Of a stretch of DNA of 64,000 bases, positions 1 through 14,120 are shown piece after piece (position 1 is the stretch's first letter; the number at the start of each line of letters is the position of its first letter). The position numbers and the translations under genes are program-made. The DNA is from Eledone cirrhosa (lineage: Eukaryota), in assembly GCA_964016885.1 (NCBI GenBank), contig OZ024741.1, positions 240,498,001 through 240,562,000 of the forward strand, in the 5' to 3' direction. The notes under the pieces were generated by a model. That model searched no databases and was not told the DNA's origin. It worked only from the letters and a program-made list of their open reading frames with translations.

Positions 1-2497
1 AAGTGGCTGGTGATAGGAACGGCATCCAGCTATAGAAAGCTTTCTAGACAAAGGGTCAGGAGGCCACTTCAGTCATACCAAGGACATGACAATCTCTCTA
101 GTGTTAGTGATCTACACAATAAACACACCCAGTACATGCTGTAAAGTAGATGGTAATTGGAAGGGCATCCAGCCATAGAAATCTTGCCAGACAAAGGGTT
201 AGGAGGAACCACAGTTGCGTCAAAGACATGACAACTTCTCCTGTGCACTTGGTGGAGCATGAGATTGTACATAACCATAATACCTATCCCTGGCCAGCCG
301 GGGAGATCTGTGGCTCTGCTTCAGTACTGACTTGGTCTGTGTGGCCCCGTCCAACCCTTGCTTACAGGGAAAGTGGACATTAAAATGATGGTGATTATAG
401 CAAAGTCAATGGCTTTGCTTCATGATTGACTTGCTAGCAGGGAAAGTGGATGTTAGAATAATAGTGATCGTAGCAAAGTTGCATACAAAAACAAAATGAA
501 ATATGTAGAATAAATGAACTAGAGCTAATATCTTTCTCATCAGCAACTCTCTGGGAAATCCACTTTTGTGTATAAGGATATTATTACATGATATTGAGCC
601 CAGGTTGCACAATGGCTGAAAATAAGTGACCAGAAAGATGTATATGAGACAACATTGAAACAGGGGATAGTAATTATCATTAAGTTAATACTTTATCAGA
701 GCTACTGACCTCTCAAACAGGTTGGAAGCTTGCATCTCAATAATTTTCTAAGTGCACTGGATGCATTTTATCATGGCACCGGTATTGGGTGGTGGTGGTG
801 GGGGTTTGTCATGTCCTTGACTCACCTGCAGAGTCCTCTCAACCCTTCATTTGGCACGGTTTCAAATGCATGTTTAAGTTAAATAACCTACTGCTTTTTT
901 CTAAAAATCTGTTTAGTTGAAGAGACTATGTAGATGGGAAGCATTAAATTAACTATGTATTGCTGTTTTACTCAACTTTTTCTACAGTTAACCCTTGATT
1001 TAACAGACTAATAGGGAGCAAGATGTGTCTGTTAATGCTGAAAGTCTATTAACAGGTCATCTAGGGACCATTCTTATTGTTTTTAATGTAAAAAGAAAAG
1101 AAGAAAGCTTTAAAACACAAGTGAATAATATAAAATCATTCAGTTATGATAGAGAATACAGAATTTTTATTTCACTTTCAACAGTGAAGCTGAATATTTT
1201 ACTATGGCTCTATCATTATTGTTATTACAAAATCTGAAAGCAGTTATAACAGGGTCCATTATATAGAGGGTTTACTGTATTGATGGTTCATTCAATTTCT
1301 TCAATGTTGATAGACTAAATATTTATTAGTATTTTTTTTTATTTTTGTTTATCAAAACAATAATGTTTCACACTTTATTTATTATTTCTTCAGAATTTAC
1401 ATCAGAATTCAGGATTGAAATAATAAAAAAAAAAAAACAACAACTGTAGAATAATTAAAATAGCAAATAACAACAAAATCAAAGAATAAAAAATAACATT
1501 CTTTGATAAAAAGAATTTTATCAATCAATTTTAACAGTTGCCTTTTTCCATTCACCCTCGTTAACATGGGTGAATGGAAGGTAAACCACTGAAGTAATAT
1601 AAGTTTTGATTCTAAAAATCATTTATTTCTGATAGTGTTTAACGTTCCATGTTAGTTTAACCCATGAATTTCAAAAAAGCAATCATGGAATATAAAGTTA
1701 ACCATACGTTTTGTTTTTTGCTTATTTTTTCACTGTAGTCCAACAAGGCCAGATTAAGTTCTTTTGAGGCCCTAAACACTTAGAAAAATAGGGTTCCCCT
1801 TCATACAAAAATCTGCGAAAATCCTCTTTTTGAAATAGTAAATACATCTAATTTGAATAAAATGGTTCCTCTCTTCCCCCCGTTGCTCTAAGCATGTGCT
1901 TATTTTGCTTCATGGGTAATCCACTCTGGGCCCTACAAAGAAATGGATCAACTTATAGCTATTATAGATTTCACCAAATAAACACCAGCAAGTCTTGAAT
2001 GCTATGAAAGTGGTAACAGAATTGTTTTTTTTTTATAGCTAAGTCAAGAAGATAAGTACAGTACCCATCCCATGGACATGTATTATTTTTGAGGGTCTTT
2101 GTGACTGGTAAGAAGAAGAAAGTTATCCATATGTCAGAGAGCTGGCCTGAATGATTGCAACAGAGAATTTTGCTAAAGGCACTCAAGGACTAGATAGTGG
2201 TGGTGTTAAGCCCGGTGGCAGATTGAATTTTCAGAAAAAAAACCATACTCTCACTTTTAGGTTCTATTCATTGCTTCTGCTTTTCTTTCTCTTTTTATTA
2301 GTCTCGTAGAAGATATAAGCCACATTAAACTCAATCACTTCAAGGGGTCAAAAATATGATTGTTGTTCCCATTTTTATCTTTCTCACCTCAGGCAATATG
2401 GTTGTTTGATCTCTTTCTTTCCTTTTCAAACAATATTAGACTTGAGCCATATTTTGCCAATATTCTAAATTCATTTCATATTAGACATGATTATTTT

Positions 2498-2680
2498 TTG
2501 GATTGGCAGTATCGGTAGAGGGTCGGACGCCATGCTTTCCAGGATAGTTACGTCCCTTAACGATCTGAGTTCAAATCCCGCCGAGTTTGACTTTGCCTTT
2601 CATCCTTACGGGGTCGATAAAATAAAGTACCAGTAATGCACTGAGTAATTGCTGGCCTTGTGCCAAAAGTAGAAACAATT
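2498..2680 (+). mobile_element. tRNA-derived SINE family 1 (~185 bp; central GCCTTTCATCC..GGGGTCGATAAA..AGTACCAG domain, Meta-domain-like)
   Basis: A box TGGCAGTATCGG, B box GAGTTCAAATCC; many near-identical copies in the window. Confidence 0.9.
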
Positions 2681-4638
2681 ATTTTTTGCTAATTTTCTTT
2701 GTTTTATATATTTATTTATTTATACTCAAGTTAGAATTGTTCTATATTGAATTACTAGAGGCATTTCAATAAAATGGGGCAGAAAATAATGGTTTCTGAT
2801 TTCAACCCCAGGACCAGCAATCTGAGCAGGGAGGGTGTAAGCCAATTAAATCAACCCCAGTACTTAGTTGGTATTTTATTTTATCAATCCTGGAACGATA
2901 AAAGGCAAAGTTGACATTGGTTAGATTTGAACTCAGAATGTAAAGAATTGGAACATAACTTCAAAGCATTTTGCCTGATGCTCTACTGAGTCTGTCAATC
3001 TCTTAGCGATGAGAGGCAATAAATAACCTCCTATCAGACTATAGCAGAGAATATGTAAGTGAAATACTTATATATTTTGATTCCTTGTTTAAACAATTGA
3101 TTAAAGAAAAATTAATTTGAAAGTGACTTGACCACCAGATGGAGAGGAACTAGTTTAGTAGTAGTGGTAGTAGTGACAACAGGAGTGTGCAAAGCTGGTA
3201 ATCCCGGAAGTAACAGGAGCTGTGACATGACGTGAGCAGATTGGTAAAACAAGGCATCTTTCCTTGTGGAGATTTGTAGTTGGTAGATATGTATCTATGA
3301 GCTGGTGTGAAACTCCAGGATTTCTGGCCAGAGTTTTTATGGATTATGTAGCTAAACAACAGTGTTGTTTTCAAGGAGGACTGGCAGAGTGAACAATTTT
3401 ATGTTTCTCCACATACAGTATTTTTAGTAATCAACGCCAATACATGATTTATATATTTTATATAGATGTACATTTATTGTACATGATGTACTTACAAGTA
3501 ACAGAACAGAAAAACAAACTAGAATTTAAAGTGAGTAGGTTTCCTCAAGGTTGTAAGCTCATATCAACAGGACTGGTCCATCTGGCTCTAGTTTTGGTTT
3601 GGCTTGAGTGGCAGGGCACTAGAGAAGAATGTTTGTTTATTTCAGGAAGTCAGTTAAAAAGGAGGGAGGGGGAGAGATATAGTATATTAGAAAGTAAAGA
3701 GTTCAAATATTGGTAGAACTGATGGCTGGTTGTGGGCCAACATCTCAGGCATTTTAATCTCTTGTGTAGTAGGAGCAACAGTTGTATGAGATTCTTTCAG
3801 TTTTTGGAAGTGTCCTACTTTCCTTATAAGTACTGAGCATTTACATCTGGAAATCTCACAGAACAGAGCAGTTACATTTAGAACTGTTTTAGTTTCTTTA
3901 TAAGAACTTAGCAGTTACATCTGGGCACTGTTTTCTGTCAGGTTTTGGTGATAAGCTGTACTCAATGTTTTCCAGGGCTGAAAAATAGAAAAATATTTGT
4001 AATATCTTGAATATGTTTCAGATCACAATAGAAATTCTTAATTATATATAAATATCTGTCTGTCTAATCAAATCATCATCTTCATCATTGTTTTTACATC
4101 TACTTTTCCATATTGGTATGTGTTGGACGGGATGTTTTGAGACAATATTTTATAGCTGGCTGCCCTCCCTGATACCAACATTATGCACAACAGAAGATAA
4201 TGTCTTGTTAATTTAATTTAACTTTTTATAGACCCTGATGAGCTGGTTTGCATCAATTTATTGCACATTCTTACATAGCCTAGAACAACATTTGTTGAAT
4301 ATATAATTGTTTTCATTGTTTTGTTTATATTTTTGTATATATGCTCTGTGAAAAACATAACATCTGATCGTGCCCATCGGATTAAGTCTAGATGCTCTAC
4401 ACATTTTTCATCTGTTGATTATCAACTTGCATCGAGGTTAAACTTTACTCTCTAATCCAGAGGTTCTCAAAGTGGGTGCTACTTTTTCCCCCAGGAGGTG
4501 TTGAGAAGGTCCAGGGGGCATTGAAGGAGGGTTGAGATGATATAATAGTATATTGAATATCAAATGATATATATTATATATAAATATAGTAAAATAAAAA
4601 AATATAATATTTATTGATACATATTATATATTATATTA

Positions 4639-4826
4639 GGGCGGTGGATTGGCAGTATAGGTAGAGGGTCAGACGCCATGCTTTCCAGCATAGTTACATC
4701 CCTTTACGATCTGAGTTCAAATCCCGCCGAGGTTGACTTTGCCTTTCATCCTTACGGGGTCGATAAAATAAAGTACCAGTAATGCACTGGGTAATTGCTG
4801 GCCTTGTGCCTAAAGTAGAAACAATT
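4639..4826 (+). mobile_element. SINE family 1, full length
   Basis: Matches the family consensus; flanked by an attatatattatatta duplication. Confidence 0.9.
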
Positions 4827-6475
4827 ATATATTATATTATTTATTATATGTAAATTAACGATTTTATTTAATTTATATTATTTACAGAGTGGACTGGGCA
4901 CTTTTTTTGTGTCCTCAGCATGACCTTCTTACAGGGTGGACCAGGTATTTTTGTTATTGTGGCACCAGATCACCATACAGGGTGGACTAAGTGCTGTTTT
5001 AGTCATGGCAGAGGCATTATGGGAGTTCAGATGTGTCGCGTGTCCAGCTTTCCATGCTTGTATGCATGGGTTGGACAGGGGAGGTGTATCATGAGGCAGG
5101 GAAATGAGTAAGCAAGTTGGACATGGAAGAAGTGAGTGGGATATTTAGCTAGGGGAGAGGTATTAAGACTTAAAGTCAGTAAGAACAAATAAACAGCAAC
5201 AGAAACAACTCATTACAACAACTGGATATTAGTTTAAAACTTAAAAGAAAGGGATAAAAAGGGCCTTAATGTTTCGAGTGGTAGTTCTTCATCAAAATGG
5301 AAAACATGGAAGGAAGAGAGAATAAAAAAGACAGGTAAAAGAAAAGAAAATGAAATAAAAAAAAGAAAGAGAAAAACCATATCTAGTCAAATACCAGCCA
5401 TACTGGCAAAAAGGAAATCAAAAGGAAAACTAAAAATGATTTGCGTCAAAAGAGTGATTGAAAAGGGAGGTAAATGGAGTGAAATGTGCGTGAATGGTAT
5501 ATACCTGTGTGTGATGGTCAATTGACTGGAGTTATTTAGTATACACTTAATACTGAATTTTTGGGGTGGAGTGCAGGAGGTTTTGTGTGTTTCACATTGC
5601 AAAACAATGTGACTATGTGAATCAGGATGTAAATGGAGAAAAGTGTGTTCCATCTAGCCTGTCATCATTTCCCCACCTAGAAGAGTTTATATCTATACTG
5701 TTTGCCTGTGAGGAGTCTGGCTGATGCTCCCTTCCATCTCACATGGCACACCAACTTGTCTCTATTCAAACATCTCCACAATTTCACCTGATTTACCTTT
5801 CAGTGGTGATTAGGCCATCTTTTAGTAACAGCTTCATGTACCTGAAAGGGATTGTGTGACTGCTTGCTGATGATTGAAGGGGTTCTTGTACAAGGTTAGG
5901 TTAGGTTAGACACTCCCCTCCTCCTCTACTACTGTGCACGCTATACTTGCCACAACTTCATACTAACCTCTGTTCTTCTGTTGCTCCAAACCTCTCTAAT
6001 ACTGGTGTTATGAAAATGCACCTGCTACAGACTGTAAGGTGGTAAGCAACAGGAAGAAACCATGTCTAAAAAGAGTTGGGAGGACTCTGCTGTTGTGTTA
6101 TGGGATGACAACTTTTCTAATGTTGGTGATTTACATGATAAACACACTTAGTACATGTTGTAAAGCAGATGGTGATAGGAAGCTGTAGAAAGCTTGCAAA
6201 ACAAAGGGTTGGAAATTTGGTAGAATGTGAAACCATATGTAAGTGATATGCAGACACCCAGTCTGTCTGGGATGTCAGTAGCTTTGTTTCAGTACTGACT
6301 TGGTCTATGAAGACTCATCCAGCCCTTACCAACAGAGAAAGCAGACATTAAATAATGATAATGATGAGGATATATACAGTTCTAATCTTGTGGAAGTCAT
6401 TCCAGCATGAAATATGCATCTTCTTTACTAATTAATTAACTGTGGTTTCTTCCTGATCCCCTTTGAAAAAACATT

Positions 6476-6522
<47 letters not shown>

Positions 6523-6584
6523 GTGAGGTTTTTTTTACAAAATGAAAAACAAACGAGGTGTCCTACACGAGTGAAAGTATAAGG

Positions 6585-6861
6585 AAAAAAAGATGAAATC
6601 AAAATGCAACTGGAGTCTTTTTTTTTTTAAATATATTTATTTGGTTCCTTTACCGGTTTCTCAGTTCTTATCCTTTTCAAAAGTAGAATTGAGATGGAGG
6701 GTTTGTGGTTTTTCTCACATCAGATGGGAGAAAAACTCCAAAGCCTCCATCTCAATTCTACTTTTGAAAAGCACAAGAACTGTGAAACCGGTAAAGGAAC
6801 CAAATAAATATATTTAAAAAAAAAAGACTCCAGTTGCATTTTCGATTTCATCTTTTTTTCT

Positions 6862-6862
<1 letters not shown>
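6585..6862. mobile_element. Fold-back element between (TA)n tracts with a degenerate hammerhead, probable PLE remnant
   Basis: ~135-bp inverted arms about ~6722. The right arm reads cttTTGAAAAgcac..gtGAAAccggTAaagg..AATAAA, a mutated CUGAnGA core. Confidence 0.6.
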
Positions 6863-6895
<33 letters not shown>

Positions 6896-7466
6896 TGCAT
6901 GAATGATCCCTTAACTCCTGAAGGAGTTGTAGGGACACTGTATTGACATACAGTGTTTCATGGGCATTTTAAAACCTGGTGGAGCCCATCTCCTCTCCAG
7001 GCCTGAATATAGCTGATTTCTTCCAGAGAAGGATACCGGGTGAGAGAATGGAAGTGAGAAAGAGATATAGAGGAAGAATTGACCCAGTACTTGACTGGTA
7101 CTTATTTTATTGACCTCGAATAGATGAAAGGCAAAGTTGACCTTGGCAAGATTTGAACTCAGAGAGCAGAGAGCTGAAACAAATACCGTAAAGCATTCTA
7201 TCTGACGTTCTAATGACTGTCATTTCGCTGCCTTTCATCTATTCGAGGTCAATAAAATAAGTACCAGTCAAGTACTGGGTCAATTCTTCCTCTATATCTC
7301 TTTCTCACTTCCATTCTCTAACCCGGTATCCTTCTCTGGAAGAAATCAGCTATATTCAGGCCTGGAGAGGAGATGGGCTCCACCTGGTTTTAAAATGCCC
7401 ATGAAACGTTGTATGTCAATACAGTGTCCCTACGACTCCTTCAGGAGTTAAGGGATCATTCATGCA

Positions 7467-7498
<32 letters not shown>

Positions 7499-7587
7499 AG
7501 AAAAAAAGATGAAATCGAAAATGCAACTGGAGTCTTTTTTTTTTAAATATATTTATTTGGTTCCTTTACCGGTTTCACAGTTCTTGT
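6773..7587. repeat. Near-perfect inverted duplication, arms ~6773-7133 and ~7229-7587, ~95-bp loop
   Basis: Direct base-by-base complementarity with only a handful of mismatches. Confidence 0.92.
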
Positions 7588-7684
7588 ATATATTTATTAT
7601 TAGCTTAGATTAAAAGTTTAAGCAAACAATTTCTGCTTTCACCCTAAAGCAGGATCTGATTTTGGTCTTTGTATTTATTATTAC

Positions 7685-7735
<51 letters not shown>

Positions 7736-7805
7736 AACCTTACTAGTAGGGTAAAGGGATGTTAAATGAGGATAATGATATATATATATATATATTATAT
7801 ATCAC

Positions 7806-7859
<54 letters not shown>

Positions 7860-9675
7860 ATGCACTGTTGAATATAAACGACATGTCTAACTCCTGTTAG
7901 ATCAATCAGTAATGTTGGCAGCAGCTATGAAACCTCTGATATAATAGATCTCCTGTATTTTATGTACACAAGTGAATTTCCGGCCGCTCCCGAATTCTTT
8001 CACAAACATTGATTTTGCTTCTTACACCTTTGCCCTCTCACCCTCTTGCTATTTTCTACAGTTCAAACACCAGATCAATAAAAACACAAGATCAATAAAT
8101 TTAATCTCTATTCCATAATGTTCCACCTTCAAGTAACATTTCCTATTTTATTTATTTATTTTTATTTATTTATTTTTATTTATTTATTTATGCTGTTATT
8201 GTTCTTCTTCTTTTTCCTTGGCTAATTTCTTTCTGGACACTTACAGAAACTAACAGCCTCCGTAACTACTACTACTACTACTACTACTACTACAACCACC
8301 ACTACCACTACCACCACCACCACTGCCTGTCTTAGTCACCATCTCAGCTGCGATTTCAGTCAACACCCCCCCACTAAAATCACCATAACCAATCTGGATT
8401 TAGCACACAGATCACATATATACACACAGACACAATCACAAACATACACTGACTTGAGATAGGCTTCATGTGTCCTAACCGAAGAACTAAACATTTATTC
8501 ACCACATCATAATCAATGCACCACTACTATCATTATCATCGTCTCCTCCTCCTCCTCCTCACCACTACCATAACCACCACCACCACCACCATCATCATTA
8601 TTATTGTTATTAATATAAATACTATAAATGCATATCTTGACAATGAGTTTAATAGCACGAAAAATTGTGAATAAATACACCAGTTTTCTATGTAGTGGTC
8701 AACAATAGCAAAGTGCTTCTGTGATAAAACTCCAGTCAAATCAATTATCTTTGCATTCTTGAGCCCTCAACTCCTAACAGAGTTGAAAAAGGGGCCTTTA
8801 TAACATACAGCATATTTTGACTCTTTTAACCCTTTCCTTACCATATTTTTAATGAAATACACTGTGATTTAATTAATCAATGAATAATTTGGAAGGATTT
8901 ATTTGATTATCAAAATGGTGTTTGTAACAACTTAACAAAAGGTTCAAATGTCAAATCATGCTGGAAGGTTTTAATTTATATATGACCCCTTTAAAATGGG
9001 TGGCTCTATTTCATAGAGTCAGAGGCAGTTTTTGACAGGCTTGTGTTAAAAGAGTTAAAACTGGTGGAGCTCATTTCTCTCCAGAAATCAAATCTGCAGT
9101 ATGTCAAATATACACAATGAGATAAGATATTGATGACGATGATGATGATGATGATAAGATGAATATTGAGTTTATTTCAATTGAAATATAGTCTGATCCA
9201 CTTCAGGTGTGTGTTGTTATATATATTCAGTACATATTGAGATATATTTTCACTCAGTTGAACACTGTAAATGTGGCTGGTGTTAGAAAGAGCATCCAGC
9301 AGATGTAAAAACCCAGCTGAAACCCAGTCCTGCTATGAGCAAGGTACGGCATAGCCAACTGGCTAGACCCTCCTCATAACAGGACCACCCAGTTGAACAC
9401 TGTATATCTGGTTGGTGTTATGAAAGGCATCCAACTGTAAAACCCCCCAACCAAAATGCAGTTCCATTTGAGCAAGGTATGGCATAGCCAGACTTGTCTC
9501 ATAATGTGGACGACCCATCTAACCCATGCAAGTGTTGAAAAAATACATTAAACAGCGATGATGGTGATTTCAATTAGTGCACAGTATTCAAAACAAAGGT
9601 GATTTGAACCCATAGCAGTATGTTTATAATGGACTCATATAGACCAATACATTCTGAATAGAGCTATTACTAATT

Positions 9676-9857
9676 AATTGTTTCTACTTTTGGGCACAAG
9701 GCCAGCAATTACCCAGTGCATTACTGGTACTTTATTTTATCGGCCCCGTAGGGATGAAGGGCAAAGTTGGCCCCGGCGGGATTTGGACTCGGAATACAAG
9801 GGCCGTAGCTCTATGCGTCAAAGCATGGCGTCCGACCCTCTACCGATACTGCCAATT
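9676..9857 (-). mobile_element. SINE family 1
   Basis: Reverse complement of the consensus. Confidence 0.88.
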
Positions 9858-10181
9858 AATACCAGCTAATTAAGCTTATGTTACATGTACATAAACTATC
9901 AACAAGAATAGTTTGTTTACAAAATCCCTAAGACTTTATGGTCTTTAATACCTCTATGTCTGGATATTAAATAAGTGAGTGAGTGAAAGCTAATGAGGAG
10001 TTAATGATTCCAAAATATACCATGTTATCCTCAATACCATGTAGCTGTGATTACAATTTAAAATATTCATAGAAACTAAATGCATGTTTATTATACATAA
10101 ACATATTGTATATACATAAACATATGTATAATACTTAATGATGTTCGTCATCTATGGCTTATTCATATGTATTATTTCATA

Positions 10182-10563
10182 GGGCGGTGGATTGGCAGTA
10201 TCGGTAGAGGGTCGGACGCCATGCTCTGACGCATAGAGTTGCGGCCCTTGCCATTCTGAGTTCAAATCCCGCCGAGGTTAACTTTGCCTTTCATCCTTAC
10301 GGGGTCGATAAAATAAAGTACCAGTAATGAACTGGGTAATTGCTGGCCTTGTGCCAAAAGTAGAAACAATTATAACGGCGGGGGATTGGCAGTATCGGTA
10401 GAGAGCCAGACGCCATGCTTTCCAGCATAGTTACGTCCCTTTACGGTCTGAGTTCAAATCCCGCTGAGGTTAACTTTGCCTTTCATCCTTACGGGGTCGA
10501 TAAAATAAAGTACCAGTAATGTACTGGGTAATTGATGGCCTTGTGCCAAAAGTAGAAACAATT
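10182..10563 (+). mobile_element. Two head-to-tail SINE family 1 copies
   Basis: Two full units; attatttcata duplicated on both sides of the pair. Confidence 0.9.
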
Positions 10564-11009
10564 ATTTCATAACTCTATAGAACTATTAGAATGTTTGTGC
10601 AGTATTCTGTGTCCAGCCAGGTTTGTACAACAGGTAAGAAAAATGATGATTCGGTGACGGTTTCTTCTGATAGAAGCCTCTTCCACGTTGGAAGATCGAA
10701 GTGTGTTTTCTTGTCATCTTCAATACTTTCATAAACGGCTTCGGAGATTTAAAACTTATGTTTCAATTGGTGCTTCCATTTCCACATGGTTCTATTGTCT
10801 TATATATTATATAGTTATATGCATGCACACACACACACACATAATCAAAGACCCAACATCCTCTCTAGCACTAGTTCTATGATAAAATGCACTCAGTACA
10901 TTCAGCAAAATAGTTGGCATTAGAAAAGGTATCCAGTTGTAGAAACCAGACCAATAGTTACAACAGAACTAAGAAACTTAAATATCTTGCATCATCTTGT
11001 AGTGCTTTG

Positions 11010-11220
11010 TGGTTGGTGGATTAGTAGTATTGATAGAGCGTCATGTTTCGTGGCATAGAGTTGCGGACCTTTATGTTCTGATTTTGAATCCCGCCGAGGT
11101 TGGCTTTGCCTTTCATCCTTGTCAAGTGGATGAAGTGAAGCACCAGTGATGCACTGGGGTCGATTTAATCACCCCCCCCCCTTGAACTTGCTGGCCTTGT
11201 GCCTAAAGTAGAAGCAATTA
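11010..11220 (+). mobile_element. Older SINE family 1 copy with 15-bp target-site duplication
   Basis: atcttgtagtgcttt on both sides. Confidence 0.85.
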
Positions 11221-12211
11221 TCTTGTAGTGCTTTAACCTCTGCAGTGCTGTAGACGAGATAACTCATCCTAACATGTATGCATTCTAGTGCCACAGACGA
11301 GATAACTCGTCCTAACATGTATGAACTCATTTCCAACAGTTCATAACTTCAAAGCTAGATGGAGTTACTAGTTTATTGATGTGATAGGTGTTGTTAATAA
11401 ATGTTTGTGAAAAAAAAATAGTCATTTTACAGCAAAAAAAACAACACTGACTGTAGCTGTGTAAAATATATGTGGCAGTCAACAGGTTAACATTCAAGGA
11501 TATACATCCATGTGAAAATATAGCTCATGAATATGACTAGGTTATGTAATGTAGTGGATAGATACACCAAAAGATAAAGATCATAGTTCAAATATGTACT
11601 ATATACTTATATATTCTGGGTTTTAGCTTATTATATATAATTGTATATAAATTGCACCTTTCACTAAAAAAATACCAGGATTTCGAGAAGATTTTAAAAA
11701 CTAAATCTTAAACCTTTTGTTACCAAACCACTTGAAACCAGTCAAAACTGCTAATTTTAAAGTCTTTATATTTATGTAACAATCTTCCGTCATAATTTTA
11801 TGCCTCAAACACTGGCATAATAATGAGAGAATTAGTAATATTATTAACTCCCACCAAATACTTGATTATTTTCAAAATGATTTGAAAATCAATCAATTAA
11901 TGCAAGGGAAACTCTTAAGATGCTGCCAACTTGGAGTTTTGTTATGAATTATTAATAAAGAAATTATTTAAAATACATTTCTGTGTATACATGTATATAA
12001 GTTTTACAGTTTTTCTGTGTAATTATGTGAAAAATTGTAACTTTGTGAAAAATTGTAACAATGTGAAAAATTGTTACTTTTCTACTGAATCTACAAACCC
12101 CTAATTCAGGATACATTGTCCATTGTGAATGTCGTATGTAAAATAGAGGTAACTTATCTATGAGTGCAACATGTATGTACATGGTATCTACCTCTCTCTC
12201 TATATATATAT

Positions 12212-12402
12212 ATAACGAAGGAGATGTGGTAAGGAACCAGATGGACCATAACGCACCAGAGTACTCAATACTTAGGGTAGTAGAGTGGGTAATAGGAAAA
12301 AGTATGACCCCGACGGCAGAGCTCAAGCCGTTTCGACGGCTATTTCCAGAAATAGCCATCGAAACAGCTTGAGCTCTGCCGTCGGGGTCATACTTTTCCC
12401 TA
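12212..12402. mobile_element. (TA)n-embedded element ending in a ~110-bp palindrome (12292-12402); its first ~85 bp recur inverted at 56979-57062
   Basis: The hairpin agtatgaccccgacggcagagctcaag...cttgagctctgccgtcggggtcatact is seen directly. It contains a stem-GAAA-CAGCT half hammerhead, suggesting PLE origin. Confidence 0.6.
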
Positions 12403-13369
12403 TATATATATATATAAAAATAAAAAAATATACAAAGACCAAAATCTGAAGAGGGCTCAATAAGGATTGTATATATATATTATTATATATATATATATTT
12501 TTTAATGGTATATATCTGGTATATGATTTTGATTTTATAGACCTGTTTTAGTCTTCTGTTTCTTAATGTTCATTAAGCATCTGGTAATATTTGAGTAAGT
12601 TTTGATATATTAAGTGAGAGGTCTACACAATTGGAGAGTGTGGTCTGTATTGTATATGGTGTAGTTATCTCTCCATCAAACTAAACAATTGATTTTTTTT
12701 TTTGTCAGTTCCTGAAAGTTTCACCAGTTGTCACTTTCAAGTACTTTGTCTTGCCAATTAAGTCAATATTAGACCAATTAAGTCAATATTATGCCATTTA
12801 AATCAATACTGTGACTGGTTTGCTTACTAATGGAGGCTTTATTTCCTCACAACTCTTGGACCAATGGCACTTTTCTTTGGTAAAATTCTTTATATTCTTT
12901 TTTAGTTTTTATAATTTTCAAATAACAAACATTTTCTTTTTTAATTTTCTGTATGTGTAGGCATGGTGGTATGGTTAAGAATTTCTCATTGTAGTCATGC
13001 AGTGTTGGGTTCTATTTTACTGTGTGGTACCTTGGGTAAGTGTCTTCTACTAAACCATCAAGTTGATCAATGCCTTATAAGTAAATTTGGCAGATGGAAG
13101 CTGCAAGGAAACCTGTTGTATGTATATATAATGACGGCGATGAATTAGTTTTGCGAGGTTTTTGATATGAAATTGTGTGTCGAAACAGATGTTGTTATAC
13201 TTGGGGAGGGTCATATTGTTGTAGTAGTGTTGCCAGAAATAGTAACAGAGCACACTCGCTGTTTGGTTGGTTTTCGCTTCTGTATCTTTTATATCTCCAC
13301 AGTTAATTCATTTGGCAATCAATGTTTATCATTGACTGACCAACGGTCAAAAATACAGATATAAATATA

Positions 13370-13639
13370 TATATATAGTCTAACAAAGTTCTTTCGTTGC
13401 ACATCTGCAACATCATCAGTGGTACTATTATGTTTCCTCCTGTTGTATTGTATGTCTACGCCATTTTTATTTTATCTGTTTATTTATTTATTTTTGTCTT
13501 CCTCTCTGCGCATGCGTTTGCGTGTGTGTATAGTGTTTGGTGTGAGTGTTCATGTTTGGGTGACTGTGTTTTGGTTATTGTATTCTATCTTAGTTTATTA
13601 GTGTGTTTATATGTGTTTGTTGTTATTGTGCTTGTGTAT

Positions 13640-13670
<31 letters not shown>

Positions 13671-14120
13671 TATTTCTCTTAAGTCAGTATTATTTGTTTG
13701 GGTGTTGTTATTCCATTCATGTTTTCTGTTTAGCCTTGACTTTCTAAGCTCTATTTCGCTTGCCTCTCTGATTTGCCTATCTGCTGGGTCATTTCTATGT
13801 TTAGATATTATTTTAATTTCTATGTTGTCTATGTTACCGTCATGTTGTTGTCTGACATGTTCGTATAGTACTGAACCGTTTTTTGTCCTTTTAATCCCCC
13901 CCCCCCCCCCCCGTGTTAGTCTATTCTTTTTCCTATGCTTCGAGCTGTCCTGCCTATGTATGTTGTTGTCATGTTTCTGCAAGTACCCTCTGTACATCTT
14001 ATGCTATAGACTATAAAAGTTTGTGTGTCTCTTTTCTTTGCATTCAATATCTCAGGTGGTGATGTTTGTTCATGTTTTGCATAATCAGAAATCCCTTGCT
14101 CAGCAGTTAGATGCAAAGCT
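13370..14120 (-). mobile_element. Penelope-like element 3' remnant: GIY-YIG endonuclease plus 3' region with hammerhead motif
   Basis: IVYSIRCTEGTC..TYIGRTARSIGKRID*H, then a frameshift in the poly-C run (13896-13912) into SVLYEHVRQQH...RQIREASEI...LNRKHEW. This gives a GIY-YIG domain with CCHH. Confidence 0.8.
13381..13425 (-). ncRNA. Minimal type I hammerhead ribozyme motif (partly degenerate) at the PLE 3' end
   Basis: Minus strand GTACCA-CTGATGA-T-GTTGCA(GATG)TGCAAC-GAAA-GAAC-TT-TGTTA. Core intact, 6-bp stem II, stem I 4 of 5 bp. Confidence 0.6.

Noticed and set aside
406-616. Minus-strand acceptor and 68-aa ORF as another protocadherin exon
   Set aside because: No recognisable motif, a phase-1 read stops after 10 codons, and nothing else supports it.
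4225-4300. CTGATGAG as another hammerhead
   Set aside because: No stem II or GAAA at a compatible distance.
5893-5910. (TTAGG)3 as interstitial telomere
   Set aside because: Too short, and molluscan telomeres are TTAGGG.
11245-12080. 43-bp tandem duplication and 18-bp x3 repeat
   Set aside because: Ordinary slippage products with no further structure.
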